Shown here one piece after another: positions 1 through 10,600 of a DNA stretch of 64,000 nucleotides (within the stretch, counting starts at the first letter, position 1; the number at the start of each line of letters is the position of its first letter). The DNA lies in the NCBI GenBank assembly GCA_028716665.1, contig JAQUPP010000001.1, positions 477,046 to 541,045 of the forward strand, given 5' to 3'. Below the pieces are notes generated by a model. It was not told the origin of the DNA. It saw only the letters and a program-made list of their open reading frames with translations, and ran no database searches. A program made the position numbers and the translations under genes. This stretch comes from Patescibacteria group bacterium (GTDB taxonomy: Bacteria > Patescibacteriota > Patescibacteriia > UBA2591 > JAQUPP01).

Positions 1-1155
1 ATCGGTATCACGGCTATTATTTTGGTTATGTCTTTGGGAAGGGGAGCGCAAAATTTAATTTTGGGACAGATTCAGAGCATGGGTTCAAAAACAATTGCCA
101 TTGCTCCGGGCCGCCAACCCAGCGGTATGACTGATTCGCTTAACACTTTCACCGATTCGTTGAAAAATAAAGATGTGGAAGATTTGCAAAAAAAATCCAA
201 TGTGCCGCATTTGGCTAAAATTATGCCCATAGTTTTCGGTTCGGAATCGGCCACTCGGGAAAATAAAATTCACCAAACTACGATTTTCGGTGTTAATAAT
301 TTTTTCACTCAAATTTATGATATTTATCCGGAAGAAGGACGCATTTTTACCGACGAAGAAATCGCTTCCAAATCAGCCGTGGTGATTATCGGCTCAAAAA
401 TCAAAGAAAAATTATTTGAAACCGACGAACAAGTTTTAGGCCAAAAAATAAAAGTTAAAAATCAGAATTTGCGCATTATCGGAGTTCTGCCCAAAAAAGG
501 ACAATTTTCTTTTATCAGTTTTGATGATGCTTTAATCGTTCCTTATTCAACCGCTCAGCAATATATTTTCGGCATTAAATATTATAATCGTCTTGTTGTG
601 GAAGTTGACGAAGAAAAGAATGTTGATCGGACAATTGAAGATATTAAAATAACATTGCGCAATAATCACAATATTACCGATCCGGACAAAGACGATTTTT
701 TTCTTGAAACGCAAGCTCAAGTAATGGAAATGGTTGGAACGGTAATGAATACTTTAACTCTTTTCTTGACAGCCATGGCTGCTATTTCTTTGGTTGTCGG
801 CGGGGTCGGGATTATGAATATAATGTTGGTTTCGGTTACGGAAAGAACTCATGAAATTGGTTTGCGAAAAGCATTGGGCGCGACCAATCAGGATATTTTA
901 AGTCAGTTTTTGATAGAATCTATGATGCTGACAATCATCGGTGGAATTATCGGCATTCTTTTGGGAGCGGGTTTTTCGTTTTTGATTTCATTGATTTTGT
1001 CAAAAATAATGGCTTTGAATTGGACTTTCGCTTTTCCTGTTTCCGGCGCTTTACTCGGTTTGGGGGTCTCGGCCTTTGTCGGTTTAGTTTTTGGAATTTA
1101 TCCGGCTCGCCGAGCATCTTTGAAAAATCCGATTGAAGCCCTGCGTTATGAGTAA
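1..1155 (+). CDS. ABC transporter permease, MacB/FtsX family (5' end truncated by window edge)
   Basis: The frame is open from position 1. A periplasmic MacB-like core region is followed by a C-terminal four-TM FtsX-type domain ending ...GIYPARRASLKNPIEALRYE. A terminator follows. Confidence 0.75.
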   Translation: MGITAIILVMSLGRGAQNLILGQIQSMGSKTIAIAPGRQPSGMTDSLNTFTDSLKNKDVEDLQKKSNVPHLAKIMPIVFGSESATRENKIHQTTIFGVNNFFTQIYDIYPEEGRIFTDEEIASKSAVVIIGSKIKEKLFETDEQVLGQKIKVKNQNLRIIGVLPKKGQFSFISFDDALIVPYSTAQQYIFGIKYYNRLVVEVDEEKNVDRTIEDIKITLRNNHNITDPDKDDFFLETQAQVMEMVGTVMNTLTLFLTAMAAISLVVGGVGIMNIMLVSVTERTHEIGLRKALGATNQDILSQFLIESMMLTIIGGIIGILLGAGFSFLISLILSKIMALNWTFAFPVSGALLGLGVSAFVGLVFGIYPARRASLKNPIEALRYE

Positions 1156-1176
1156 ATTTAATGTTTTTTATATTTT

Positions 1177-1210
1177 AAAGAGTAGACAAAAACTACTCTT
1201 TTTTATTTTT
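1177..1210 (+). terminator. Rho-independent terminator after the permease gene
   Basis: Hairpin AGAGTAG-N7-CTACTCT followed by a T-run. Confidence 0.6.
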
Positions 1211-1218
1211 TAAAAATA

Positions 1219-1254
1219 TACACTTATTTCACACGGCCGTGTGAAATAAGTGTA
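1219..1254. promoter_or_regulatory. Perfect 36-bp palindrome (candidate operator or structured element) upstream of the RRM-protein gene
   Basis: tacacttatttcacacgg|ccgtgtgaaataagtgta is a perfect 18+18 inverted repeat with no mismatch and no T-run after it. Confidence 0.5.
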
Positions 1255-1289
1255 CAAATAAATGATGCAAAAGCTGTTAATAACTTTTT

Positions 1290-1318
1290 TGACAATTATC
1301 GAAAAAGGTATATATTGA
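1290..1318 (+). promoter_or_regulatory. Sigma-70-like promoter for the RRM-protein gene, giving a ~130-nt structured 5' UTR
   Basis: TTGACA, then 16–17 nt, then TATATT. Downstream hairpins lie before the ATG at 1455, and there is no SD near the start. Confidence 0.4.
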
Positions 1319-1454
1319 AAAAGTAGCCCTGTAGTTAATATAATTTAATATTACGCATCTATATATGATGCGCGGTCGAGTTCAGGGAAATTAATTTAAA
1401 AGAGTTGCGCTTATAAGTGTTAAAACTTACCCGCGCATAAAATGTTAGAGTTAT

Positions 1455-1808
1455 ATGGAAAAGAAACTTTACATCGGAAATTTATCATATAATCTTACTG
1501 AAGATCAATTGAAAGAAACTTTCGGCCAGGCCGGAACAGTTGTCTCAGCGAGTATTATTACCGATAAATATTCTGGTAGAAGCAAAGGATTCGGTTTTGT
1601 GGAAATGTCCACAGAAGACGAAGCCGCAAAAGCTATCGAAATGTTTAACAATAAAGAAATGGACGGTCGCAGTCTCAAGGTTAGCGAAGCTAGACCAAGA
1701 GAAGAAAGACCAAGAACCAGTGGTGGAAGCAGAGGCGGATATGGTGGTGGAAGCCGCGGTGGATACGGCGGTGGAAGCAGCAGAGGCGGATACGGCAGAG
1801 ACAATTAG
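1455..1808 (+). CDS. RNA-binding protein with an RRM domain and a Gly/Arg-rich (RGG/GYGGG) tail
   Basis: RNP2-like LYIGNLSY and RNP1-like KGFGFVEM motifs. The C-terminal repeats are SRGGYGGG. Confidence 0.85.
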   Translation: MEKKLYIGNLSYNLTEDQLKETFGQAGTVVSASIITDKYSGRSKGFGFVEMSTEDEAAKAIEMFNNKEMDGRSLKVSEARPREERPRTSGGSRGGYGGGSRGGYGGGSSRGGYGRDN

Positions 1809-1834
1809 TCCACAGAACGTAAATTCGTTTAGCA

Positions 1835-1870
1835 AAGAGCGAGTCATAGACTCGCTCTTTGTATTTTTGA
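1835..1870 (+). terminator. Rho-independent terminator
   Basis: AGAGCGAGTC-ata-GACTCGCTCT followed by a T-run. Confidence 0.7.
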
Positions 1871-1909
1871 AAAATTGACTGTTGTTGATTTTTAATGTAA
1901 GATAAAGAC

Positions 1910-2179
1910 ATGGAATCAAAAAAATATATTTCAATTGAAGAAGCCAAACAAATAGGCGAATCATTGGGAATTGATTGGACTAAATTTGATGTTGAGCAAT
2001 TTAGAATGGGAATGGATGTGGAGTTGGAACACGGCTTGCAAGATGATCACACCAATGTGACTAATGATGATTTGTTTACAACCGGTAAAATTGCCTTGGC
2101 GCATTTAAATGAATTTCCAGATTATTACACCAGGTTGGATAAAATGGAAAAAGAAGCAGATGTTTTTTGGGGGAAGTAG
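1910..2179 (+). CDS. Small conserved hypothetical protein with an ELEHG motif (resembles phage-associated DUF-type small proteins)
   Basis: 89-aa ORF with good coding periodicity and the motif MGMDVELEHG. Family assignment is tentative. Confidence 0.45.
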   Translation: MESKKYISIEEAKQIGESLGIDWTKFDVEQFRMGMDVELEHGLQDDHTNVTNDDLFTTGKIALAHLNEFPDYYTRLDKMEKEADVFWGK

Positions 2180-2209
2180 ATAAGTTAATAAGTAGATAAG
2201 CTGATAAGT

Positions 2210-3124
2210 ATGTTCAAAAAAAGATTAATAATATTAAGTCCGTTAATTTTGGTGGTTATTATTTTAATTTTGAGATTTTTAATCGGCGGACCGGAAGATA
2301 ATTGGATTTGTTCAAATGGCGGGTGGGTGAAACACGGAAATCCGTCAGCGTCAATGCCGACTCAATCGTGCGGCGATGCTTTAAAAAATAATCAACAGAC
2401 AGAAAATAAAATTACTGACATAAAAGTGACAAAACCTCAGCCCAATGAAATTATTTCCAGTCCTTTGGAAATTGAAGGCGAGGCGCGGGGAACTTGGTTT
2501 TTTGAAGCAAGTTTTCCAGTCAAACTTTTGGATTCTTCGGGCGCGGAAATTGCCAAAGGAATTGCTCAAGCTAAAAGCGACTGGATGACGGAAGATTTTG
2601 TGCCCTTTACCGCCACCTTACAGTTTAACGTACCTGTTGAAACCAAAGGAATTTTAATTTTGGAAAAAGATAATCCTTCGGGTTTGCCGGAAAATGCCGA
2701 TGAGCTGCGAGTGCCGGTTATTATCGCTTCAACTGAAATGACGACAATCAGAGTTTATTTCAATAATAATAAATTAGATCCGGAAATTTCCTGCAATAAA
2801 GTTTTTTCGGTTGAAAGAAAAATTATTAAAACAGAAGCAATCGGACGCGCTGCTTTGGAAGAATTGTTAAAAGGGGCGACTGAAGAGGAAAAAGCGCAAG
2901 GATTTTTTTCCAGTATCAATTCGGGCGTAAAAATTCAAAAATTAATCATTGATAATGGAACGGCAAAAATTGATTTTGACAAGCAATTGGAATTTCAAGT
3001 TGGCGGTTCTTGTCGGGTATCAGCCATCAGAGCCCAAATTGTTGAAACATTAAAACAATTTCCGACTGTTAAAAACGTGGTTATTTCCATTGACGGCCGA
3101 ATTGAAGACATTTTACAGCCATAA
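2210..3124 (+). CDS. Membrane-anchored Gmad2 (Ig-like) plus GerMN domain protein
   Basis: N-terminal TM helix. The C-terminal region ...AALEELLKGATEEEK...VGGSCRVSAIRAQIVETLKQFPTVKNV is typical of GerMN (spore-germination-like) domains. Confidence 0.55.
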   Translation: MFKKRLIILSPLILVVIILILRFLIGGPEDNWICSNGGWVKHGNPSASMPTQSCGDALKNNQQTENKITDIKVTKPQPNEIISSPLEIEGEARGTWFFEASFPVKLLDSSGAEIAKGIAQAKSDWMTEDFVPFTATLQFNVPVETKGILILEKDNPSGLPENADELRVPVIIASTEMTTIRVYFNNNKLDPEISCNKVFSVERKIIKTEAIGRAALEELLKGATEEEKAQGFFSSINSGVKIQKLIIDNGTAKIDFDKQLEFQVGGSCRVSAIRAQIVETLKQFPTVKNVVISIDGRIEDILQP

Positions 3125-3140
3125 AAATAAAATTAGATAA

Positions 3141-3180
3141 AATTAAAAACCCTGCAATTTTTTTGCAAGGTTTTGTGTTT
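3141..3180. terminator. Bidirectional terminator hairpin, copy 1 of a 40-bp direct repeat
   Basis: aattaaaaaccctgcaatttttttgcaaggttttgtgttt. The stem is AACCCTGCAA/TTGCAAGGTT with A-runs 5' and T-runs 3'. Confidence 0.6.
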
Positions 3181-3184
3181 GCGT

Positions 3185-3427
3185 TTATTTCAAAATAAAC
3201 GAGGTAACAGATGATTTTATGTTTTCTATGCTATGAATCTTCTCCGCTATAAGCTGTCCTATTATCCCTATATTTTCACCTTCAACTTTGGCGATAAAAT
3301 CATAAATGCCACTTGTTAAATGTGCCTCCCTTACTCCCTCGATAAGGCGTAATGCTTTTAATACCTTTTCTTGCGCCTCTTCGGACACCGTTGGCGCCTT
3401 TATCTGGACATAGGCTGATATACCCAT
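3185..3427 (-). CDS. Stand-alone Lrp/AsnC-type ligand-binding (RAM) domain protein
   Basis: 80-aa protein with a beta-alpha-beta-beta-alpha-beta pattern, ...AYVQIKAP...VLKALRLIEGVREAHLTSGIYDFIAKVE..., and no HTH. Confidence 0.55.
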   Translation of the reverse strand: MGISAYVQIKAPTVSEEAQEKVLKALRLIEGVREAHLTSGIYDFIAKVEGENIGIIGQLIAEKIHSIENIKSSVTSFILK

Positions 3428-3537
3428 TTCTCCCTCCTTTTTTAATTTGATAGATTTTTATAATATAAATATTATCATATTATAAATTTTTGTCAAGACT
3501 TTATATTTAGAATTTATAAAATAATTTTTGGCAAATG

Positions 3538-3577
3538 AATTAAAAACCCTGCAATTTTTTTGCAGGGTTTTGTGTTT
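3538..3577. terminator. Bidirectional terminator hairpin, copy 2 of the 40-bp direct repeat (39/40 identical to copy 1)
   Basis: aattaaaaaccctgcaatttttttgcagggttttgtgttt lies immediately after the stop of the 3579..4298(-) gene. Confidence 0.6.
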
Positions 3578-3578
3578 T

Positions 3579-4298
3579 TTAAGAAATTAAGCTTTCAATT
3601 CTTAACATAAGAGCAAAGCAACGTCTATTCATATGGTCGACGTAAAGGAATTCACAGTTTCGGCAATCAGCGCAAAATGAACTGTAGGGAGTGCCACACA
3701 TTCTTACTCCCAGAATCGGCGGATTCATTTTATTCCAGCGACTCATTATTTCTATCATGAATTCCGGTTTAAGCACGTAACAGTGGTTTAGAATATGCTT
3801 ATTCAGTTTGTATTTTTTCAAATCAGGAACATTTTCTTTGTTGTAATAACGCATAAAAGTCATCACTACCGGAATTTGGTGTTTTACCCAATAATATTTA
3901 ACCGCTTCATCGGCCTCTTCCAAATTATTGGTGGCCAAACGAAAACGGACAAACATTATGTTTGGGGGAGGGGAATCAACCAAAATTAATTTATGACCAT
4001 TACAGGTGAAAACAACCGGTCCGGGAAAATCAAATTTAGGAATTGAGGTATTGTAGAATTTATTGGGGAAATCTTTAGTTTTCCTGATAACCAATTCTCT
4101 CTGGATATTGGAATCGTGTCCGGAATTAACGCGGACAAGTTTGAATATTGCCTCTTTTTTCGTCGGTATCAGTGGCGTGTCAAGGGGGCGGTAAAATGCG
4201 CCATTATAAAAACATTCAGGGCATTTATTGGGGCATTTACCGGTTTGGGGAATACATTCAATTAAATTTGAACCAACTAATTTTGGATTAGTATCCAT
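3579..4298 (-). CDS. Cys-rich protein with an N-terminal CX3CX2C motif (radical-SAM-like or Gp37/Gp68-DUF5131-like); function unknown
   Basis: ...IECIPQTGKCPNKCPECFYN... near the N-terminus plus a C-terminal CADCRNCEF cluster. A strong SD (TAGGAGG) lies upstream. Confidence 0.4.
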   Translation of the reverse strand: MDTNPKLVGSNLIECIPQTGKCPNKCPECFYNGAFYRPLDTPLIPTKKEAIFKLVRVNSGHDSNIQRELVIRKTKDFPNKFYNTSIPKFDFPGPVVFTCNGHKLILVDSPPPNIMFVRFRLATNNLEEADEAVKYYWVKHQIPVVMTFMRYYNKENVPDLKKYKLNKHILNHCYVLKPEFMIEIMSRWNKMNPPILGVRMCGTPYSSFCADCRNCEFLYVDHMNRRCFALMLRIESLIS

Positions 4299-4602
4299 TT
4301 TTTCCTCCTATTTTTTTCAAGAACTGTCTTAATAAAAACATATTTTTTGATTTTTGTCAACCCTTTTGAATTTATGATTTTGACTACTCAGAGTTATCCA
4401 CAATTGTCCCCACCCTCTCATTTTTAAAGTGCTATAATAAAAGGACATTAAACTTTATATTTTATTTATTTGGAAAAGCAAATTAATTTTGTTTTTCTTT
4501 CATTCATTTATAAAATAAAACAAGGTTATTTAAATTCAGGGGGAGTTTTACTAATTAGAAATTTTATATATATTTTTATTAAATTTATTTTTTAGAAAAA
4601 CT

Positions 4603-7600
4603 ATGAGCAACACAAAAAAGTTTTTTTCAATTTTCGTGACAGCCACAACCATTTTGTGGTCAATGGGGCTGCCAACATTAGCAGGGGCATTAGTACCCAT
4701 AGCCGTAACCAACATTACGGTCTCAACAACTTCCGCGGAAATTACATTTAACGGACAATTTTCCGCAGAGACAAGTCCATCCTCAACAACTGAATTAGGA
4801 AGTGTAACCAATTACGCGACAGATTTGCGTAATTTTATTTTTGAAACAGGAGCAGGACTGACAGACAGAACATTAAGTCGATTTAGTCCTTATGATATGT
4901 CAACTCAAAATTTTCAGGCGGGTGAAAATGATTATCGTTTGAGAGTTTACGGTTTGGAAAGTTTGAAATTAAGTGAAGGACAAGCTTGGCAGATGACAGC
5001 CGGAGATATTAAAAATTTAGCTGGAACTCAAACTATAGAAGATTTTACGGCCAATAATACTGTCACTGCTTCTATTGATCCGACTATCAATTATATAATA
5101 AATAATGTTACCGCTGATTCTTGTTATAATTATCCTTGCGGCAACGTCGGTGATGAAGTAACAATTATTGGTTCTAATTTTGCCACCTCCACTGATGCGA
5201 CAGAAATTTTTTGGAATTTTAATGGAGGAAGCGTAACATCCACTCCCGCAACCGCTTCAGCTACTGAGCTCACCACTACAATTCCAACCGGGTTAAATGG
5301 TAAAGTGGATATGGTGATTAGCGATTTAAATACGCATCGTTTTTCGGCTGACTCCAGGCCGTTTATGATTTGGAATAATACGCAAGCCGTATTAATCGGC
5401 AATCTTACTTCAGATACATCTACTGACATAGATCGTGTTCAAGTTGAAGCTTTTGTTCCCGGACAAATGGGAAATGTCGTACCGGGCGAAACTCATTCCA
5501 ATGGAAAATATGCCTTGGTTTTAAATACGACAGGAAGTTATAATATACAATTTGGCACACCGGCCGGCGCGACTTATGTGGCGCCATCCAAGTTAAGCAG
5601 TCAAACTGCCACTGTCGGCTCAGTAACGCAATTGACCACTCAAGCTTTTAGAGCCGCCACTCTTTCGGGTACAGTTAAATCTCCCAGTGGCGCAACACTA
5701 TTGGAAGGCGTAGAAGTGGTGGCGCGTCCTTTTACATGGGATTATGAACAAAGAACAACAACCGGTCCAAACGGAACATGGAAACTTTATGTACCAAATG
5801 ATACAAGCAGCCAATGTTATGAAATTGAAGCCAGACCTAAAGATTATCAAGACAGGGTTTTACAATATAAAAGCGTCAGAACTACTCAATGTTTAACTTC
5901 AGGTCAAACAGCAACAGGTATTAATATTAATTTATCTGCTCAAAATGTTAAGGTAACGATTAAAGCTCCGGGTACTTTAGGCGATACTCCTACGGCAAGT
6001 AATCCTCAGCCGGGTTTGCCGGTGCCTTATGCCAGTGTTGGTCTTCATACCATGGATTGGAGTTATCAACAATGGGTTCAAGCTGATGCTGACGGTGTGG
6101 CTTATTTTGGGGGAGCAACTGATAGTACTCATTATATTTTAGAACTTGAGCCGCCATATAGCGGTGATTTCAGAAGTTATCCAAGAACAAGAACTGCGGA
6201 ATTTGCCATTGATGTTACGGATGGACAAATCACTGATTTGGGAGTTAAAACTTTTGCTTTGCCAAATGTTTTTGGAAAAGTAAAATGCGGGGGCGTAGCA
6301 ACAGTCGCTTGGATAAATATGAATAAAGATGGTTCTTGGTATGGTGTAAATACTGATGATAGCGGTAATTTCTCTCTTGGCGGCGTGGCGATTGGTACTT
6401 ACAATCTCCAAATTCAACCGGCAAGCGGCAGTACTTGCGCCAGCGGAAATTTTTCCGTTTCCATTACTTCAACTACATCTAATGATTTGAAAGATCAAGC
6501 TGATACTCTTGATGGTGTTGACGATGACGCGTTTACTTTATCAGCACCCAATGTGACAGGTGTAATTAAAGATCCAACCAATACAACCGGACAAAGCGGA
6601 GTTTGGATTAATTTTTGTCCTCATCAAATACCAGGTATGTGCTATGGCGCCAACACGCAAAGTGACGGAACATTCAGTTCAAACGTTCCATCTGGCAATT
6701 GGGATTTAAATGTTAACATTCAATACGGCAGTCTTTATGCTGCGCCGCAAGGCATGGTAATAACTGTTGCCGGCACTACTATTACTGAGACATCAGATCC
6801 GGGCACTGCTTTAACAATTGCTAACAATAGTTTACTTATTTTATTAAGCGATCCGTCAGTTAATGGTTTAACCGGTCGTGTTTGTAAACCAAAACATGAT
6901 GATAATTCAGCTGTGACTCAAGCCGAATGCGATGATCCAGCTGGTTATCCTGATATTGGCGCAACTAATGTTGGTATTAATATGCGATCACAAGGTTCAA
7001 TGTCAGGTTCTCAATGGTCACAAACAGATGCTAGTGGTAATTATGCTATTGGCGGCGTGGCAGTTGGAACTTATGAAATAGAAGCAAATCCTTGGAATGG
7101 TTGCGGCAGTATTAATTGCGGGAGAAAACTTGTTCAAAATGTTACAGTTACCAGCTCTCAAGCAAGTAGAAGAAAAAATATAATTTTAAGCACTCCGAAT
7201 ATTACCGGTACGGTTGTTATTCCAAATACCAGCACAACAGTGGCTAATGCTTGGATTAATTTTCATATTGAAGGACCAATGCAGGGCGGTACTACCGGTG
7301 GTTGGTATGGCACAAACACTAATCAAAACGGTCAATTCTCTTTTGGCGGTGTAGCTGCCGGAACCTATGCTTTGGAAATTGAAGCTCCTCGTTGGGGTTC
7401 AGCCGAAGAACAGGCTGTTTATCGAAATTATTCAACAAAAAAATATTCTAATATTACAATTTCTTCCGCGGTGGCGGCCGGAACTGATAGTTTAGATTTG
7501 GGCACGACTTATGGAACTGATGGAAAACTTATTCTCGGCACGCCGCAAGTTACAGGAAGAGTAATGAATCCGGGTGCGGACGGTATTGCCGAAACCGCAG

Positions 7601-10600
7601 ATGATCAACCGGTTCAATGGTCTTGGATTATGATTCATGATCAAATGTGGCAAAATCAGGGTGGTTCTTCAACTGATGATCAGGGTTATTTTCGAATCGG
7701 CGGTTTGGATGATGCCACCGGATTATCCATGGAAATTAACTTGCCTTCAGGTGGCGATAAAGCTTGGATCCAACCAAGCGGTTTAACGGTTGATATTGTT
7801 AATGATGTAGGCACGGTCAAATTATCCAACGTGACTCAGGCGAATAATTTAGTTACTTTAACCACTCCGACAAAAACTTTAACCGGTACAGTAACTAAAA
7901 AAGGCAGTGGTGCGGTAGTAGCTAACGCGCGTGTTCAAGCTAACCGCGATATGGGTGGTGGATTTTTTGAAACATTAACTGATGCGAATGGTACATATAC
8001 TTTAAAACTTGCCGGCGGCGGTTGGTGGTTGGGAGTGAATCCGGATTGGAGCATGGGTCAGCCGGATTGGGTTTATAATGAAGCGCAAAAGAAAATTACT
8101 TTTACCGAAGATAGCATCGCAGAATGCCGCGGTACAGAAGCAACTTGTCCGGGAGGCGCAACCATACTTGATGTTGGTTTAGATTTTGAAGTTAAAGTGG
8201 CTGATGCTATTATTACCGGTTTGGTTAAAGATCCAACCGGAGCTACGGCGATTGCCAATTCTTGGGTAATGGCTAATAGCGGCGGCATGATGGGTGGAGG
8301 CAATGGTACTAATACTGATTCTGACGGACGCTTTACTTTTAAAGTTCCGGCAGGCACTTATGATTTAGTGGCAAATCCGAACTGGGGTGAACAGGGCCAA
8401 AGTTATGGCGGTTCCACTCCGGTTAAAATCAAAGCCATCTCCGAACAAACAACTGATGCGGGTACACTTATTTTGACAGCAAAAAATTCACATATTAAGG
8501 GAACTGTCACTGATTCAGCCGGTAATGCGATTGGCAGTGTAATGGTTAATGCTTGGCAGATGAACGGACCGGGCTGGGCTAACACACAAACAGATTCCAA
8601 TACGGGCAGATTTGATTTAATAGTCAGTGAAGGAAATTGGGGTGTAATGATTATGCCAATGTCAACTCAATATATTTATCAAGGCGGTCCGCAACAAGTA
8701 ACAATAACCGCCAATCAAACTTCTGATAATAATGACTTTTTATTAAAAGTAGCTGATGGTTTGCTTAAAATAAATATAGTAGATGCCGAAGATAATCGTA
8801 TTTCTGATATTTGGGGTGGTGTTTGGGTTAAAGATACGGATCCGACAGTTAATGATTTTATTGATTTCGGTGATCCGAAAATGATGCAAGGCGGAAGCGG
8901 CGATGCGGGAGCCGGTGGTACGGCAGGCAGTGGTGGCGGAGCAATGGGAGCTGGTATGGATAAAGGCGGTTTTGCCGGCGGAGGATTAGCCAATGGTTAT
9001 ACTGAAATTAAAGTTCCACTTGGCAGTTATGAACTGGGTTTAAATACACCTCCGGGTTCCAAATATACTTTAACTGCGACCAAGACTGTTGTCGTCGGTG
9101 AAGATGATACTTGTACAGATGAAACAACCGGATGCAAAGAAATTACTTTAGTGGTGGCGCCGAATAATGCCACGATTGAAGGTAAATTTTATCTTGATAC
9201 CAACAGCGACGGTTCTTATACCGCAGGAACAGATACGGTTGTGACCGGAGTTCGTGCTTTTATCAATGGTGATAAAGAAAATGGCGGCTGGTCGCAAACA
9301 GAATTTGCTCCAAATAGCGTTACAGATAAATATTCATTAAAAGTTTCGGCAGGCAGTTGGTACGTTGACGCATTTATTGATCCAATGATGAATTTTGGTG
9401 CAGAGAATGATAAATATAAAATAGTAGCCGAAGATATAAAAACAATCGTTAGCGCTGGAGATGCTGAAGATGACGCAGATCCAATCACTCGAAATTTCCA
9501 ACTTAAAAAACTTGATAAAACAATCAGCGGTACAATTACGGATCCGGATGATGTTGGTATGAGCGGAGTTTGGGTCTATGCTGATTTCGGCGATGAAACA
9601 ACCAAAGATGATTTCAAGGGTCCGGGCGGTTTAGGTGTTGGTACTTTTACGAGCAATGACGGTACTTATACTTTAAATGTTACCAGTGGTACTTTCAAAA
9701 TTGGCGCCGGTATTCCGCCATGGGATGCGAGAGATTTGATTAATCCGCCTTTACTTAGCGTAACGGTTGGTGATACTAATGTAACTGGCAAAGATCTTCA
9801 ATTCAGTTTGTCAGATGCCACTATCACCGGTGAAGTTACTTTAGGTGGTACTAAAGAACAGGCCATGATACAAGCTTGGTCTGATGATAAAGGAACCGGT
9901 ACAATGGCTTCTGATGGCACTTATACTTTAAAGGTTAAGTCCGGTGAAACATGGAATGTAAAAGCCACGGCCAAAATTGAAGGAATTCTTTATGAAAGCG
10001 CCGCGACCGAAGTTGTAACTGTAGTTGGCGCTCAAACTCAGAATTTAATTCTTGTCACTACGGGTGTTGCTGTTCCTGAATCAAAGACTACAACCTTTAG
10101 CGCTACTGACAGTAAAACTATTGAACTTACAAATGGTTTAAAACTTGAAATTCCGGCCGGAGCTTTAGCCAGTAGCGGTACAGTGACCGTAACTATCACA
10201 CCGACTGTTGGCGAGGAAAATCAAACTACGGTATCAGTTAAACCTGATGCTAAAGATAAACCACTTGGCGTTAACTATGATTTTGTGGCCAAAGATTCCA
10301 ACGGTCAAGAAATTACTCAGTTTGACAGCGATGTGAAAATTACTTTCCCTTATGATCCGGAATTGATTACCGATAATGGATATACAGAGGAAGATATTAC
10401 GCCAAAATATTTTGATGATACCACGAATACATGGGAAAATTATAAATCAGTGGTTCGCGATGCGACTAATAATGTAATAATTGTCACAACAAACCACTTT
10501 ACGCCCGGCGGTATTACCGGGGGAAAATTTGTTACGGCCGGCGAGGAGGATGATGGTGGTGACACCCCAACAGGTGGAAGTACGGGAGGCAGCGGTAATG

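Noticed and set aside
1505-1964. Antisense and alternative-frame ORFs overlapping the RRM gene (99, 112, 139 and 85 aa)
   Set aside because: They are low-complexity Pro/Leu or Ser translations of the GGY-repeat region on other frames, with no SD and no coding periodicity. They are artefacts of the repeat.
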